This document shows, piece after piece, positions 20,595-30,949 of a stretch of DNA of 60,744 nt. A program made the translations under genes and the position numbers. The DNA is taken from NCBI GenBank assembly GCA_016342715.1, contig JAEINW010000004.1, positions 1 to 60,744 of the forward strand, given 5' to 3'. The notes under the pieces are model-generated. The model saw only the letters and a list, made by a program, of their open reading frames with translations, was not told the DNA's origin and did no database searches. Origin of the DNA: Salinivirgaceae bacterium (GTDB lineage: Bacteria; Bacteroidota; Bacteroidia; Bacteroidales; SZUA-534). The first letter of the stretch is position 1. Each line of letters opens with the position of its first letter.

Positions 20595-22133
20595 ATGAAA
20601 GTTGGAATTCCAAAGGAACTATTAATAAGCGAATTGCGAGTGGCTGCTACACCGAAAACAGTAGCTCGTTTGCAGAAACAAGGTTTTGAGGTTTTTATAG
20701 AAAACGGAGCAGGTGAGCGGTCAAACTATTCCGATAAAGCGTTTGAACAAGCAGGTGCTAAAATCGTAAAATCAGCCGCAGTGCTTTATGAATTGGCAAA
20801 TATTGTATTAAAAGTGCAAGCATTTACGCTTGAGGAGATTGATCTGTTAAAAGCAGAAACGGTTACTTTAAGTTATTTATGGCCAGCTCAAAACCAAGAT
20901 TTACTGAAAAAGCTTGCAGAGAAAAAAATTAATGCCATTGCCATGGATGCAGTGCCTAGAATTTCAAGGGCGCAAAAATTAGATGTATTATCGTCTATGG
21001 CAAATATTGCGGGTTACCGGGCAGTTATTGAGGCTGCTAATTATTTTGGGCGTTTCTTGAATGGGCAAATAACCGCTGCAGGTAAAGTGGAGCCGGCAAA
21101 AATACTGGTAATTGGAGCTGGAGTTGCTGGTTTGGCATCTATTGGAACCGCAAATTCATTGGGAGGCATTGTTCGTGCTTTTGATACCCGTAAAGAAGTT
21201 GAAGAGCAAATAACCAGCATGGGAGCTCAATTTTTAACGGTTGAAATTGAAGAAGATGGGGCAACAGATTCTGGGTATTCAAAAGTAATGAGTCAGGCAT
21301 ATATTGATGCCGAAATGTTGTTGTTTAAAGAGCAAGCAAAAGAGGTTGACATTATAATAACAACGGCTCAAATTCCAGGTCGTGAAGCCCCAAAATTAAT
21401 TTTAGATTATCATGTGGCTGAAATGAAACCCGGTTCAGTAATAGTTGATTTGGCAGCATCAACAGGTGGAAATTGTGTGCTTACAAAACCCGATGAAATT
21501 TACACTACAGAAAATGGGGTAACCATTGTCGGCAAAATAAGTCAATTACCCGAACAAGCCAGTCAATTATACGGCAATAACTTGTGTCATTTATTAGATG
21601 ATATGGGAAAAGCCGAAGGCTTTAAAATTGACATGAATGATGATGTGGTGAAACGTGCCATGGTAGTTTATAATGGTGCTATCAATTGGCCACCTGAACC
21701 GCTTCCTGTAAGTCCAGCAAAACCAAAAGTTGAAAAGGAAGTTGTGGTATTCGATAAAGTTGCTCAAGCGAAAGAAAAAGCAAAAAAGAAAGCTCGTTCG
21801 TCGGCGATTGGCTTAGGAGTGGTTGGTTTATTAATTTTTGGAATGGGACAAGTGGCGCCTCCCGATTTTTTGAAACATTTTACGGTATTTGTTTTAGCCG
21901 TATTTGTTGGCTGGCAGTTAATTTGGAATGTTACCCATGCGCTACATACACCATTAATGGCTGTAACCAATGCTATAAGTGGAATTATAATTGTTGGAGG
22001 TTTGTTGCAAATGCAGGCTGAATATAATCATATCATGTCAATACTTGCTTTTGTGGCAGTATTTGTAGCGGGAATAAATATTGTTGGGGGCTTTTTTGTT
22101 ACCCACAGAATGTTAAAAATGTTTAGAAAATAA
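20595..22133 (+). CDS. pntA: NAD(P) transhydrogenase subunit alpha (single chain)
   Basis: [36 protein letters not shown]-terminal TMs with [14 protein letters not shown]. Confidence 0.95.
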   Translation: MKVGIPKELLISELRVAATPKTVARLQKQGFEVFIENGAGERSNYSDKAFEQAGAKIVKSAAVLYELANIVLKVQAFTLEEIDLLKAETVTLSYLWPAQNQDLLKKLAEKKINAIAMDAVPRISRAQKLDVLSSMANIAGYRAVIEAANYFGRFLNGQITAAGKVEPAKILVIGAGVAGLASIGTANSLGGIVRAFDTRKEVEEQITSMGAQFLTVEIEEDGATDSGYSKVMSQAYIDAEMLLFKEQAKEVDIIITTAQIPGREAPKLILDYHVAEMKPGSVIVDLAASTGGNCVLTKPDEIYTTENGVTIVGKISQLPEQASQLYGNNLCHLLDDMGKAEGFKIDMNDDVVKRAMVVYNGAINWPPEPLPVSPAKPKVEKEVVVFDKVAQAKEKAKKKARSSAIGLGVVGLLIFGMGQVAPPDFLKHFTVFVLAVFVGWQLIWNVTHALHTPLMAVTNAISGIIIVGGLLQMQAEYNHIMSILAFVAVFVAGINIVGGFFVTHRMLKMFRK

Positions 22134-22138
22134 GAACT

Positions 22139-23527
22139 ATGATATCTTCAGGAATACAAACAGCAGCATATATATTTGCAAGTATATTATTTATTTTAAG
22201 TCTTGGCGGATTGTCTTCGCAAGAGTCGGCTAAGCGTGGGGTTATTTATGGAATTGTTGGAATGGCCATAGCTATTTTGTCAACAGTTTTGGGTGCGGGT
22301 GTAAAAGGACATGTGTATATCATTATTGCTCTGTCTCTGGCATCGGTAATTGGATTAATTGTGGCGCGAAAAGTTGAAATGACATCGATGCCTCAATTGG
22401 TAGCAATTCTTCACAGTTTTGTGGGCTTGGCTGCTGTATTGGTTGGCTTTGGTTCCTATCTCGATCCGCACACCCTAACTTTACAAGGATCGGAACATAG
22501 CATTCATTTGGTTGAAGTTTTTGTTGGTGTATTTATTGGTGCTATAACTTTTACAGGATCAATTATTGCCTGGGGAAAGCTCGAGGGAAAGATTATGAGT
22601 AAGGCCTTGGCATACAAAGGCCGGCATTTAGTCAATATTGTTTTAATGCTTATCATTATCGTATTGGGAGTTCGTTTTACTATGGCTCCAAATACCACAG
22701 GCTTAATTGATTTAATGATTATGACAGGAATTGCATCGTTTATTGGTGTGATGTTGGTGATGGCCATTGGTGGTGCCGATATGCCTGTAGTGGTTTCTAT
22801 GTTAAACTCCTATTCTGGTTGGGCAGCTGCAGCTGCAGGCTTTATGTTAGGAAACGATTTGTTGATTATTACAGGTGCTTTGGTGGGTAGTTCTGGTGCT
22901 ATACTTTCAATAATTATGTGTGAGGCCATGAATCGATCTTTTTTGTCGGTGATATTTGGTGGATTTGGAAACGCAAGCGTTGCAAGTTCAATGGAGATGG
23001 AAGGGGAGGTTACCTCAACCAGTCATTTGCAAGTGGCAGAATTGTTAAAGGAAGCAAAATCGGTTATTATTGTGCCAGGATATGGAATGGCAGTGGCAAA
23101 AGCGCAATATCCCGTATTTGAATTGGTACAAAAATTAAAAGCGGGAGGAAAACAAGTCCGTTTTGGAATTCATCCGGTAGCAGGACGATTGCCAGGCCAT
23201 ATGAATGTATTGTTAGCTGAAGCAAACGTACCTTACGACATTGTGATGGAAATGGATGAAATTAACGATGATTTGCCAAAAACCGATGTGGTAATGGTAA
23301 TTGGAGCCAATGATATTGTGAACCCGGCCGCATTGGAAGATGAAGGAAGTCCAATTTATGGGATGCCCGTTATTGAGGTTTGGAATGCAAAAAAGGTTAT
23401 TGTAATGAAACGTTCCATGGCAGTAGGTTATGCAGGCATTGAAAACCCATTATTCTACAAAGAAAATACCGATATGCTTTATGGTGATGCCAAGTATAGT
23501 GTTGATGAATTGAATAAAGAATTGTAA
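22139..23527 (+). CDS. pntB: NAD(P) transhydrogenase subunit beta
   Basis: [46 protein letters not shown]. Confidence 0.95.
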   Translation: MISSGIQTAAYIFASILFILSLGGLSSQESAKRGVIYGIVGMAIAILSTVLGAGVKGHVYIIIALSLASVIGLIVARKVEMTSMPQLVAILHSFVGLAAVLVGFGSYLDPHTLTLQGSEHSIHLVEVFVGVFIGAITFTGSIIAWGKLEGKIMSKALAYKGRHLVNIVLMLIIIVLGVRFTMAPNTTGLIDLMIMTGIASFIGVMLVMAIGGADMPVVVSMLNSYSGWAAAAAGFMLGNDLLIITGALVGSSGAILSIIMCEAMNRSFLSVIFGGFGNASVASSMEMEGEVTSTSHLQVAELLKEAKSVIIVPGYGMAVAKAQYPVFELVQKLKAGGKQVRFGIHPVAGRLPGHMNVLLAEANVPYDIVMEMDEINDDLPKTDVVMVIGANDIVNPAALEDEGSPIYGMPVIEVWNAKKVIVMKRSMAVGYAGIENPLFYKENTDMLYGDAKYSVDELNKEL

Positions 23528-23547
23528 AAGTATTTTTAAAGTATATT

Positions 23548-23577
23548 AAAGCCCGTCATTTTTTGCGGGCTTTTTTT
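23548..23577 (+). terminator. Intrinsic terminator after pntB
   Basis: AAAGCCCG...CGGGCTTTTTTT. Confidence 0.85.
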
Positions 23578-23756
23578 GTGCCGTTTTTATCCATGTTCGT
23601 TAATGGTTTAAATACAATAAATTTCATCTAGTGGAAATGTTTAATAATTATAAAGTTAATTGATAATATTTTATTAACCTTGCCGTTAGTTATTGTAATT
23701 GGTTTAAAGAATTTTATACAATAATTGGGAATAAACATATCACTGGAGAGAAATTA

Positions 23757-24260
23757 ATGAACAGAGAGGCTACCTACGGAATAGTAAAGACAAAACCGGG
23801 ACTATCACCATTATTTTTATTGATACTTACTGCGAATCTGTTTTTTTGGATTCATGCAATTTACGCACTTGGGGTAATATTTTCAATATTTACCATTGTT
23901 GCTTTTTTTAAGACTTCGGGATTTATTCTTGATAAAGAAAACAATAGGGTAAAAAGAATTTCGGGATATTCGGGAATACAATACGGGAAGTGGTATCGAG
24001 TACCAGATATTAAATATGTTTCGTTACTGAGAGTTAAGCAAGCGAGCAACTCTAATAATGGCGCTACAAGCGTTCAAAATTCACCAAGAAGCTCATGTTA
24101 TCAAATAAACCTAATTGTACAGCAACATAGGGAAAAAAGAGTTTTTGGACTTATGACAACCAACGTTGAAACGGCAAGATCAGAAGGCGTTAAACTTGGT
24201 GCGTTTTTAGATCTTAAAGTGTTGGATTCAACCACATATAACAGACATTGGATAACGTAG
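23757..24260 (+). CDS. Hypothetical membrane protein (two N-terminal TMs + soluble domain)
   Basis: 167-codon ORF with a hydrophobic hairpin near the N-terminus. Confidence 0.6.
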   Translation: MNREATYGIVKTKPGLSPLFLLILTANLFFWIHAIYALGVIFSIFTIVAFFKTSGFILDKENNRVKRISGYSGIQYGKWYRVPDIKYVSLLRVKQASNSNNGATSVQNSPRSSCYQINLIVQQHREKRVFGLMTTNVETARSEGVKLGAFLDLKVLDSTTYNRHWIT

Positions 24261-24668
24261 TAAGGAAGCTTTTGTAATTCTTTATTTTTACAAGTAACCC
24301 AATACCTATTAATTAAATAGATTTACTATAATAACATGAAGTTGATTGAATTATTTCTTTCAATGGATACTGGAATAAATAATAGATTATTAATACAAAT
24401 CAAGGGTTGAAATTATTTGTTTTTCAGGCTGTAAGCCTAATTAAGTTCAGCCCACATTATTAATTAAATAGTATATATAACGTTTAGCAAGAATATTATT
24501 AAAATGGGTACATGCGTATTAAAATTGTGCTACATTTGTATCCATTAAAAAACCTAAAAATGTTCGATTTAAAACGATTATTGATCTGCTTATATATTTT
24601 CTCTGAGCTATAAGAATATTTTGATATTTATTTATTATCAAAGTATTAATCAATAGTTATTTTATTCA

Positions 24669-25268
24669 ATGTTCGAAAAAATCTGTAAGGTTCAGGCTTT
24701 ATATAATGAGCTTGAAATTCAAATTAAAGCATTCCAGAAACAAATTAATTTACCATGTTTGAGTAATTGTAATAAGTGTTGTTTGAAACCAAATATTGAA
24801 GCATCAGTATTGGAATTTTTACCCTTAGCATATCACATTTATATCAACAATCAAATAGATGAGTTTTTAGATAAATTAAATTCAAGTATTACTATGTGTG
24901 TTCTGTTGAACTCTATAAGAATAATTGATTCACCTACAAATAGTGGATGTAAAAATTATGCACATCGGGGATTAATTTGTAGGTTATTTAGTTCGTCAGC
25001 AATTAGAGTGAAAGATAATTCATATGCAGTTTATACTTGTAAGGATATTAAAATCCAAGATCCAGAAAAATTCAGTTTGGCGATTCGCAATTTAAATGAA
25101 AACATAAATGCTCCTATAGCTGAAGAATGGGTTAGTAAATTATTAGAAATTGATGATACTATGGGAGGTGATTACAATCCCATTAATAAGAGTATCGAAA
25201 AAGCAATTATGAAAGTGGCTTATTGTTTTGACAACCAACCTCAAAATTTCAAATATCATGCAGTTTAA
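24669..25268 (+). CDS. YkgJ-family cysteine-cluster protein
   Basis: CLSNCNKCC, C..L, CKNYAHRGLICRLF. Confidence 0.8.
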   Translation: MFEKICKVQALYNELEIQIKAFQKQINLPCLSNCNKCCLKPNIEASVLEFLPLAYHIYINNQIDEFLDKLNSSITMCVLLNSIRIIDSPTNSGCKNYAHRGLICRLFSSSAIRVKDNSYAVYTCKDIKIQDPEKFSLAIRNLNENINAPIAEEWVSKLLEIDDTMGGDYNPINKSIEKAIMKVAYCFDNQPQNFKYHAV

Positions 25269-25363
25269 TTCTAATGTTATATTAAAATACGTTATAATTA
25301 CTATTAAACATTTTCTCCAAGCTAATTTTATTTGAAAAAAAATATGCAAAATAAATAATATGT

Positions 25364-25371
25364 TACCTTTG
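25364..25371 (+). promoter_or_regulatory. -7 promoter box of the bio operon leader
   Basis: TACCTTTG matches the TAnnTTTG consensus and ends 8 nt before ATG 25380. Confidence 0.65.
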
Positions 25372-25379
25372 CAATCTTA

Positions 25380-25739
25380 ATGCAGCAAAAAAATTACATA
25401 TCAAAAAAATCATTGACTTTCTCCAAATGGAGTAGGAAAGGCTATGCTGTATTTGCTTCTTTGGGAAAAGTGGTGAAAATAGGGCAGCTTAATGTTGAAA
25501 TTTGCAAACAAGCCATTAAGAAAAACACCAATTTATTAATTGAGTTTGTTTTATTAGAAAAAGATAAATTGAATCAAAAAACCGATGAATCCATCGAATT
25601 TTTATTGTCTGAATACTTATTTCAAAACGTAATTTCTATTAAGGCCATCGATTCAAAATTGAATCCACAAGAAAACAAGAAAATAAAAGTATATAATCAA
25701 AATCCATTCCGAACATTCGGGATGGATTTTTTAATTTAA
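25380..25739 (+). CDS. Putative leader/regulatory peptide of the biotin operon (KWSRKGYAVFASLGK motif)
   Basis: 119-codon ORF between the promoter box and bioB; ordered N-terminal motif, low-complexity C-terminal part. Confidence 0.7.
   Translation: MQQKNYISKKSLTFSKWSRKGYAVFASLGKVVKIGQLNVEICKQAIKKNTNLLIEFVLLEKDKLNQKTDESIEFLLSEYLFQNVISIKAIDSKLNPQENKKIKVYNQNPFRTFGMDFLI
25699..25732 (+). terminator. Intrinsic terminator/attenuator inside the 3' end of the leader ORF
   Basis: AAAATCCATTCCGAA-ca-TTCGGGATGGATTTT (one G-U pair) ending in six T. Confidence 0.75.
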
Positions 25740-25843
25740 TACATCATGATAAACAGACAATGTCTGAGATAATTATTGAGAGACAGCATTAACATTTATT
25801 AAAAATGCGTACCATATCAAAGACGGTCAAAAAATTTAAAAAG

Positions 25844-26818
25844 ATGGAGAAAATAACTGATTTTAAGAACAAAGTGCTGAATGGATATCAGTTAACTTAC
25901 GATGAAGGCGTGGAACTTACAAAAGTTGAAAACAAAGAAGACTTATATATAGCTGCTAACGAAATTCGTGCACATTTTTGTGGTGATAAAATAGATCTTT
26001 GTTCCATTACAAATGCAAAGTCGGGTAAATGTTCTGAAAATTGCAAATGGTGTAGCCAATCGGTTTATCATAAAACCAATATAGAAGAATACGAAGTGGT
26101 TGACCGTGAATCGACGATTAAAGAAGCGGTTGAAAACTATAAAAAAGGAGTGAGTCGTCATTCATTGGTTACCAGCGGGCGTGGTGTAAATGATAAAACT
26201 CTGGATCAGTTGATTCCAATTTATAAAGAGATTAAAGAAAAGAGTGATATAAGTTTATGTGCTTCGATGGGACTGATTGATAAGGCTCAGTTAAAAAGAT
26301 TGCGGGATGAAGTAGGAATTGAACATTACCATTGCAATCTGGAAACAGCTCCATCATTTTTCCCTCAATTAGTTACAACACATACTCAGGAAGAGAAAAT
26401 GATTACCATAAAGGCTGCAAAAGAATTGGGAATTAAAATTTGTTCGGGAGGAATCATTGGAATGGGCGAGGAAATGCATCATAGAGTGGAACTGGCTTGC
26501 TCTTTACGTGATTTAGAAGTGCTATCAATTCCAATTAATATTTTAACTCCAATAGAAGGAACTCCTTTGGAAAATGCGAAACCGCTTTCTGAAGAAGAAA
26601 TTTTAACATCTATTGCTGTGTTTAGGTTTATCAATCCAAAAGCTAATTTGCGTTTTGCAGGTGGACGATTAAAAATTAAACACTTTCAAGATAAAGCTTT
26701 ACATGCTGGAATTAGTGCCGCACTAACCGGTGATTATTTAACAACAACAGGTTCAAATATTGAGGAAGATATTCGTGGTTTTAAAAATGCGGGTTTCAAG
26801 ATTACTACTGAATTATGA
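25844..26818 (+). CDS. bioB: Biotin synthase (alternative in-frame start at 25805)
   Basis: Radical SAM CSENCKWCSQS, YHCNLET, CSGGIIGMGE, GDYLTT. Confidence 0.95.
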   Translation: MEKITDFKNKVLNGYQLTYDEGVELTKVENKEDLYIAANEIRAHFCGDKIDLCSITNAKSGKCSENCKWCSQSVYHKTNIEEYEVVDRESTIKEAVENYKKGVSRHSLVTSGRGVNDKTLDQLIPIYKEIKEKSDISLCASMGLIDKAQLKRLRDEVGIEHYHCNLETAPSFFPQLVTTHTQEEKMITIKAAKELGIKICSGGIIGMGEEMHHRVELACSLRDLEVLSIPINILTPIEGTPLENAKPLSEEEILTSIAVFRFINPKANLRFAGGRLKIKHFQDKALHAGISAALTGDYLTTTGSNIEEDIRGFKNAGFKITTEL

Positions 26819-26823
26819 TAAAC

Positions 26824-26874
26824 AGTCTTCAGTCGGCATAATAACTGCAAACTGTTGACCGAGAACTGCCTACT
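26824..26874. repeat. Degenerate inverted heptamer repeats (AGTCTTC family) between bioB and bioA
   Basis: AGTCTTC AGTCGGC...ACTGCAAACTG...ACTGCCTACT; the last 10-mer is the exact reverse complement of 28191-28200. Confidence 0.55.
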
Positions 26875-26911
26875 TAATTATCAAATATGAAAAAACTAAG
26901 TTTAAAAAGAA

Positions 26912-28195
26912 ATGACGACCGATGAACTCATAGCATACGACAAGAAACACATCTGGCATCCGTATACATCAGCTACGAAACCCTTACCATGTTACCCGGT
27001 TAAGAAAGCCAATGGTGTTTATTTGGAGTTTGAAGATGGCACCAAAGTTATTGATGGAATGTCAAGCTGGTGGGCTGTAATTCACGGCTACAATCATCCA
27101 GTGTTGAATAAAGCCATGAAAGGCCAGATTGATAACATGTCGCATGTGATGTTTGGCGGATTAACCCATCGTCCCGCAGTTGAATTGGCTCAAAACTTAT
27201 TGAGAATTGTGCCCAAAGGTTTGGAACATATTTTTTATTCCGATTCGGGGTCGGTAGCTGTTGAAGTAGCCATGAAAATGGCGGTTCAATATTGGCATTC
27301 AAAAGGGTTAGCCGATAAATCAGGTTTTTTAACTATACGAAATGGTTATCATGGCGATACATGGAATGCCATGTCGGTTTGCGATCCGCTAACCGGAATG
27401 CATCAAATATTTGAAAAGAATTTACCCAAACAGTATTTTGTTCCAACACCAAGTTCTGATTTTTATGGGGAATTTGATGCATTGGATATTGAACCAATAA
27501 TTAATTTGCTTGAAAAGGAGCATAAAAATATTGCAGCATTTATCTTGGAACCCATAGTTCAGGGAGCGGGAGGAATGCGATTTTATCATCCTCAATTTTT
27601 AAAGGAGCTTCGCGAAATTTGTAATAAATTTGATGTGGTGTTTATTGCCGACGAAATAGCAACGGGGTTTGGACGTACTGGAAAACTTTTTGCTTGTGAA
27701 TATGCGGGAATATTACCAGATATAATGTGTTTAGGCAAAGCGATAACAGGAGGCTATATGAGTTTTGCAGCTACATTAGCAACAAAGGATGTGGCTGAAG
27801 GAATCTGCAATGGAAATCAGGGAGTGTTTATGCACGGTCCAACATTTATGGGAAATCCATTGGCTTGTGCCGTTGCAAATGCTAGTATTAAATTATTATT
27901 GGAAAGTAATTGGCAGGAAAATATTCAGCGCATTGAAGACCACCTAAAAAAAGAATTGCAAGAACTTAAAAATCATAAATCGGTAAAAGATATTAGAGTT
28001 TTAGGAGCTATTGGCGTGGTTGAAATGAAAGAAGCGGTTCAAATGGAGAAAATTCAAAAAGCATTTATCAATGAAGGTATTTGGTTACGTCCATTTGGAA
28101 AATTGGTTTACACCATGCCGCCATTTACCATTAGTAATGAGGAATTGCGAAAGTTAACCGATGGAATGAAGAAAGTTTTATTGAGTATTCAGTAG
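26912..28195 (+). CDS. bioA: DAPA aminotransferase
   Basis: [55 protein letters not shown]. Confidence 0.96.
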   Translation: MTTDELIAYDKKHIWHPYTSATKPLPCYPVKKANGVYLEFEDGTKVIDGMSSWWAVIHGYNHPVLNKAMKGQIDNMSHVMFGGLTHRPAVELAQNLLRIVPKGLEHIFYSDSGSVAVEVAMKMAVQYWHSKGLADKSGFLTIRNGYHGDTWNAMSVCDPLTGMHQIFEKNLPKQYFVPTPSSDFYGEFDALDIEPIINLLEKEHKNIAAFILEPIVQGAGGMRFYHPQFLKELREICNKFDVVFIADEIATGFGRTGKLFACEYAGILPDIMCLGKAITGGYMSFAATLATKDVAEGICNGNQGVFMHGPTFMGNPLACAVANASIKLLLESNWQENIQRIEDHLKKELQELKNHKSVKDIRVLGAIGVVEMKEAVQMEKIQKAFINEGIWLRPFGKLVYTMPPFTISNEELRKLTDGMKKVLLSIQ

Positions 28196-28304
28196 GCAGT
28201 CTTCAGTCCACAGTTATTTTTACTGAATACAGAATACTGAATACAGAATACTGAATACAGAATACTGAATACAGAATACTGAATACAGAATACTGAAGAC
28301 TGAA
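28184..28304. repeat. Heptamer tandem array (TACTGAA/TACAGAA x11 + GACTGAA) preceded by inverted heptamers
   Basis: 12 heptamers at 28221-28304; AGTATTC AGTAGGC AGTCTTC AGTCCAC at 28184-28211 in inverse orientation. Confidence 0.95.
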
Positions 28305-28305
28305 C

Positions 28306-29427
28306 ATGAAACATAAAAAATACACAAGAGAGTTAATTCTACTTGAGGAATCTGGAAACTTTCGTAAATTCCCAGAACAAGCTTCTGATTCGATGATTGA
28401 TTTGTCGAGCAACGATTATTTGGGCTTAATGCAGAATGCTTCTTTGCAGAATGAATTTATGCAAAGTGTGGATTTATCAAAGCTAAAATTCACTGCCTCA
28501 TCCTCACGTTTGCTTTCTGGAAATTCTAATGAATACACTCAATTGGAGAACTTGATTGCCTCGCAATATCAAAGAGACGCTTGCTTAGTATTTAATAGTG
28601 GTTATCATGCAAATACCGGAATAATTCCGGCTCTGGCTCAAAAGAATGATTTAATTATTGCGGATAAATTGGTTCATGCAAGTATTATTGATGGCATGCA
28701 ATTGAGCAAAGCTGATTTTTTGCGCTACAATCATTTGGATTACGATCATTTAGAATTGCTTCTTGAAAAAAAATCGAAACACTATGAGCATGTTTTTATC
28801 ATTAGCGAAAGTGTTTTTAGCATGGATGGCGACAAAGCAAATATTCAAAAGTTAGTTGAATTAAAAAATAAGTTTGGAGCATTTCTTTACATCGATGAAG
28901 CACATGCCGTAGGAGCTCTCGGAAAAAATGGTTTAGGATGTGTTGAGGAAGAAAACCTAATTCGGGAAGTTGATTTTATTATGGGAACATTTGGTAAAGC
29001 ATTGGCATCGGTTGGCGCTTATCTAGTATGTGATTCTATTTTTAAGCACTACCTAATTAATAAAGCACGAACCTTGATTTTTACAAGCGCATTGCCACCT
29101 ATTAATTTGGCATGGTCGCATTTTATTATGCAAAAACTTCCTGATTTTCATGAAAACCGAATTCAATTAAAAAAGTTGGGGCAGCAGTTTGCAGAACTAC
29201 TAAATGTTAAATCTGATAGTCATATTGTTCCATATATTATTGGAGAGAATAAGAATGCCATTCAAGCTTCGCAACTTTTAAAAGAAAATGGCTTTAACGT
29301 TTTGCCGATTCGTTACCCAACGGTTCCACAAGGAAGGGCAAGATTGCGATTTTCGTTAAATGCCTCTATGAAAATAGGACAGCTAGAGTTGATTGGAAAA
29401 GTATTAACAAGTAATTTAGCAATCTGA
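28306..29427 (+). CDS. bioF: 8-amino-7-oxononanoate synthase
   Basis: SSNDYLGL, SRLLSGN, HASIIDG, FSMDGD, DEAHAVG, GTFGKAL, IRYPTVP. Confidence 0.95.
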   Translation: MKHKKYTRELILLEESGNFRKFPEQASDSMIDLSSNDYLGLMQNASLQNEFMQSVDLSKLKFTASSSRLLSGNSNEYTQLENLIASQYQRDACLVFNSGYHANTGIIPALAQKNDLIIADKLVHASIIDGMQLSKADFLRYNHLDYDHLELLLEKKSKHYEHVFIISESVFSMDGDKANIQKLVELKNKFGAFLYIDEAHAVGALGKNGLGCVEEENLIREVDFIMGTFGKALASVGAYLVCDSIFKHYLINKARTLIFTSALPPINLAWSHFIMQKLPDFHENRIQLKKLGQQFAELLNVKSDSHIVPYIIGENKNAIQASQLLKENGFNVLPIRYPTVPQGRARLRFSLNASMKIGQLELIGKVLTSNLAI

Positions 29428-29524
29428 AAATGGAGAACGAAGAACGAAGGATTGAGAACGAAAAAAAATATATGAAAATCTGCCTGTTGAAAGATCAGTG
29501 TAATCGGCGAGTAAATATAATATC

Positions 29525-30181
29525 ATGAAAAAACTCTGGATAAATAAGGCAAATAACACAAAATGCATACTATTCTTTAATGGCTGGGGAATGGACGAAA
29601 AGGCTGTTTCTCATATGGAATTTTCTGATTTTGATATTTGTGTGTTTTTCGACTATTCAAACTTTGAATTAGAAATAAACGAATTCGATTCATATCAATC
29701 AGTATATATTGTCGCATGGTCGTTGGGAGTTTGGGTTGCAAGTCAGGTAATGAATAGTGCTAATTTGAATATTGAAAAAGCTATTGCTATTAATGGAACT
29801 GAATTAGCCATTAGTGATGAATATGGAATCCCGCCTAAGGTTCTTATAGGAACGTTGGATTGTTGGGATGAAATAAACCGCGATAAGTTTAATCAGCGGT
29901 TATTTGGTGGAATGATAAAGCTTGGAGAAGCATTTGATAGATTGTCAAACAGAACCATCGAAAACCAAAAGAAAGAACTTGCATATTTAATGAGTGAAAT
30001 TGAAGAAATTTCAGAAACAGACATCAAATGGGATATTGCTTTGATTGGAACCTTGGATTTAATTTTTAGTGCCAAAAATCAGAGTTCTTATTGGGGAATG
30101 AAAACAAAAATAATTGAAAAACCCATGCCACATTATCCCTTTGCCTATTTTACCAATTGGCAACAAATAATTGATTTGTAA
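29525..30181 (+). CDS. bioG: Pimeloyl-ACP methyl ester esterase BioG (DUF452)
   Basis: LFFNGWGMD, nucleophile AWSLG, INGT, PHYPF; lies between bioF and bioC. Confidence 0.85.
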   Translation: MKKLWINKANNTKCILFFNGWGMDEKAVSHMEFSDFDICVFFDYSNFELEINEFDSYQSVYIVAWSLGVWVASQVMNSANLNIEKAIAINGTELAISDEYGIPPKVLIGTLDCWDEINRDKFNQRLFGGMIKLGEAFDRLSNRTIENQKKELAYLMSEIEEISETDIKWDIALIGTLDLIFSAKNQSSYWGMKTKIIEKPMPHYPFAYFTNWQQIIDL

Positions 30182-30949
30182 ATGATAATAGCTGATAAAA
30201 AAATTATAAAAGAAAGGTTTAACCGAAATTTTGCATCCTATCAGTGTGGAGCAATTGTGCAAAAAAAAGTGGTTGAACGTTTTTGCCAGATTCTGCACGA
30301 GCTAAAACTTTCTAATTTTTCAAAAGTGCTAGAAATTGGATGTGGAACTGGATTTTTAAGCAAGGAGTTTTTAAAAAAAGAAAACCCACATCAATATTTT
30401 TTAAACGATTTGAATACTGAAATATTTCAAGGAATTAAGAACACCCTTAATTCAAAGCTCCTTCTAAATTATCAGTATTTATCGGGTGATGCTGAATTAA
30501 TTGATTTTCCTGACGATTTAGATGCTCTAATTTCAACATCTACCATTCAATGGTTTCATAAGCTCGAAAATTTTATTCGTAAAGTTAATTATCATTTAGT
30601 TGAAAACGGAATATTTGCATTTAGTACATTCGGCCAACAAAATTTTATTGAAATTAAAGAAACATTAAAATTGGGCTTAGATTATTATTCAAAAACAGAA
30701 CTTGTGGAAATGTTAAGCGAGAAATTTGACATATTACATTTTGAAGAATGGAAAGAAGCCATGCTTTTTGAAAACCCAAGAGAAGTATTACGTCATATTA
30801 AAACCACAGGAGTTAATGGAATTTCGAATTATTATTGGAGCAAAACAAAATTATTGCAATTTGAGGAGTCTTACATCAATCAGTTTAAAGCGGAAGATAA
30901 AGTGAGGCTTACTTATCATCCGATAATTATTATTGCAAGGAAAAAGTAA
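30182..30949 (+). CDS. bioC: Malonyl-ACP O-methyltransferase
   Basis: LEIGCGTG, GDAE, QWF, FSTFG, TGVN, LTYHP. Confidence 0.92.
   Translation: MIIADKKIIKERFNRNFASYQCGAIVQKKVVERFCQILHELKLSNFSKVLEIGCGTGFLSKEFLKKENPHQYFLNDLNTEIFQGIKNTLNSKLLLNYQYLSGDAELIDFPDDLDALISTSTIQWFHKLENFIRKVNYHLVENGIFAFSTFGQQNFIEIKETLKLGLDYYSKTELVEMLSEKFDILHFEEWKEAMLFENPREVLRHIKTTGVNGISNYYWSKTKLLQFEESYINQFKAEDKVRLTYHPIIIIARKK

Noticed and set aside
28221..28304. Tandem array as a CRISPR array
   Set aside because: Units are 7/14 bp with no unique spacers, and no cas genes are present.
28203..28412. Minus-strand 69-aa ORF with YSVFSIL repeats
   Set aside because: It is a translation of the heptamer array antisense to bioF.
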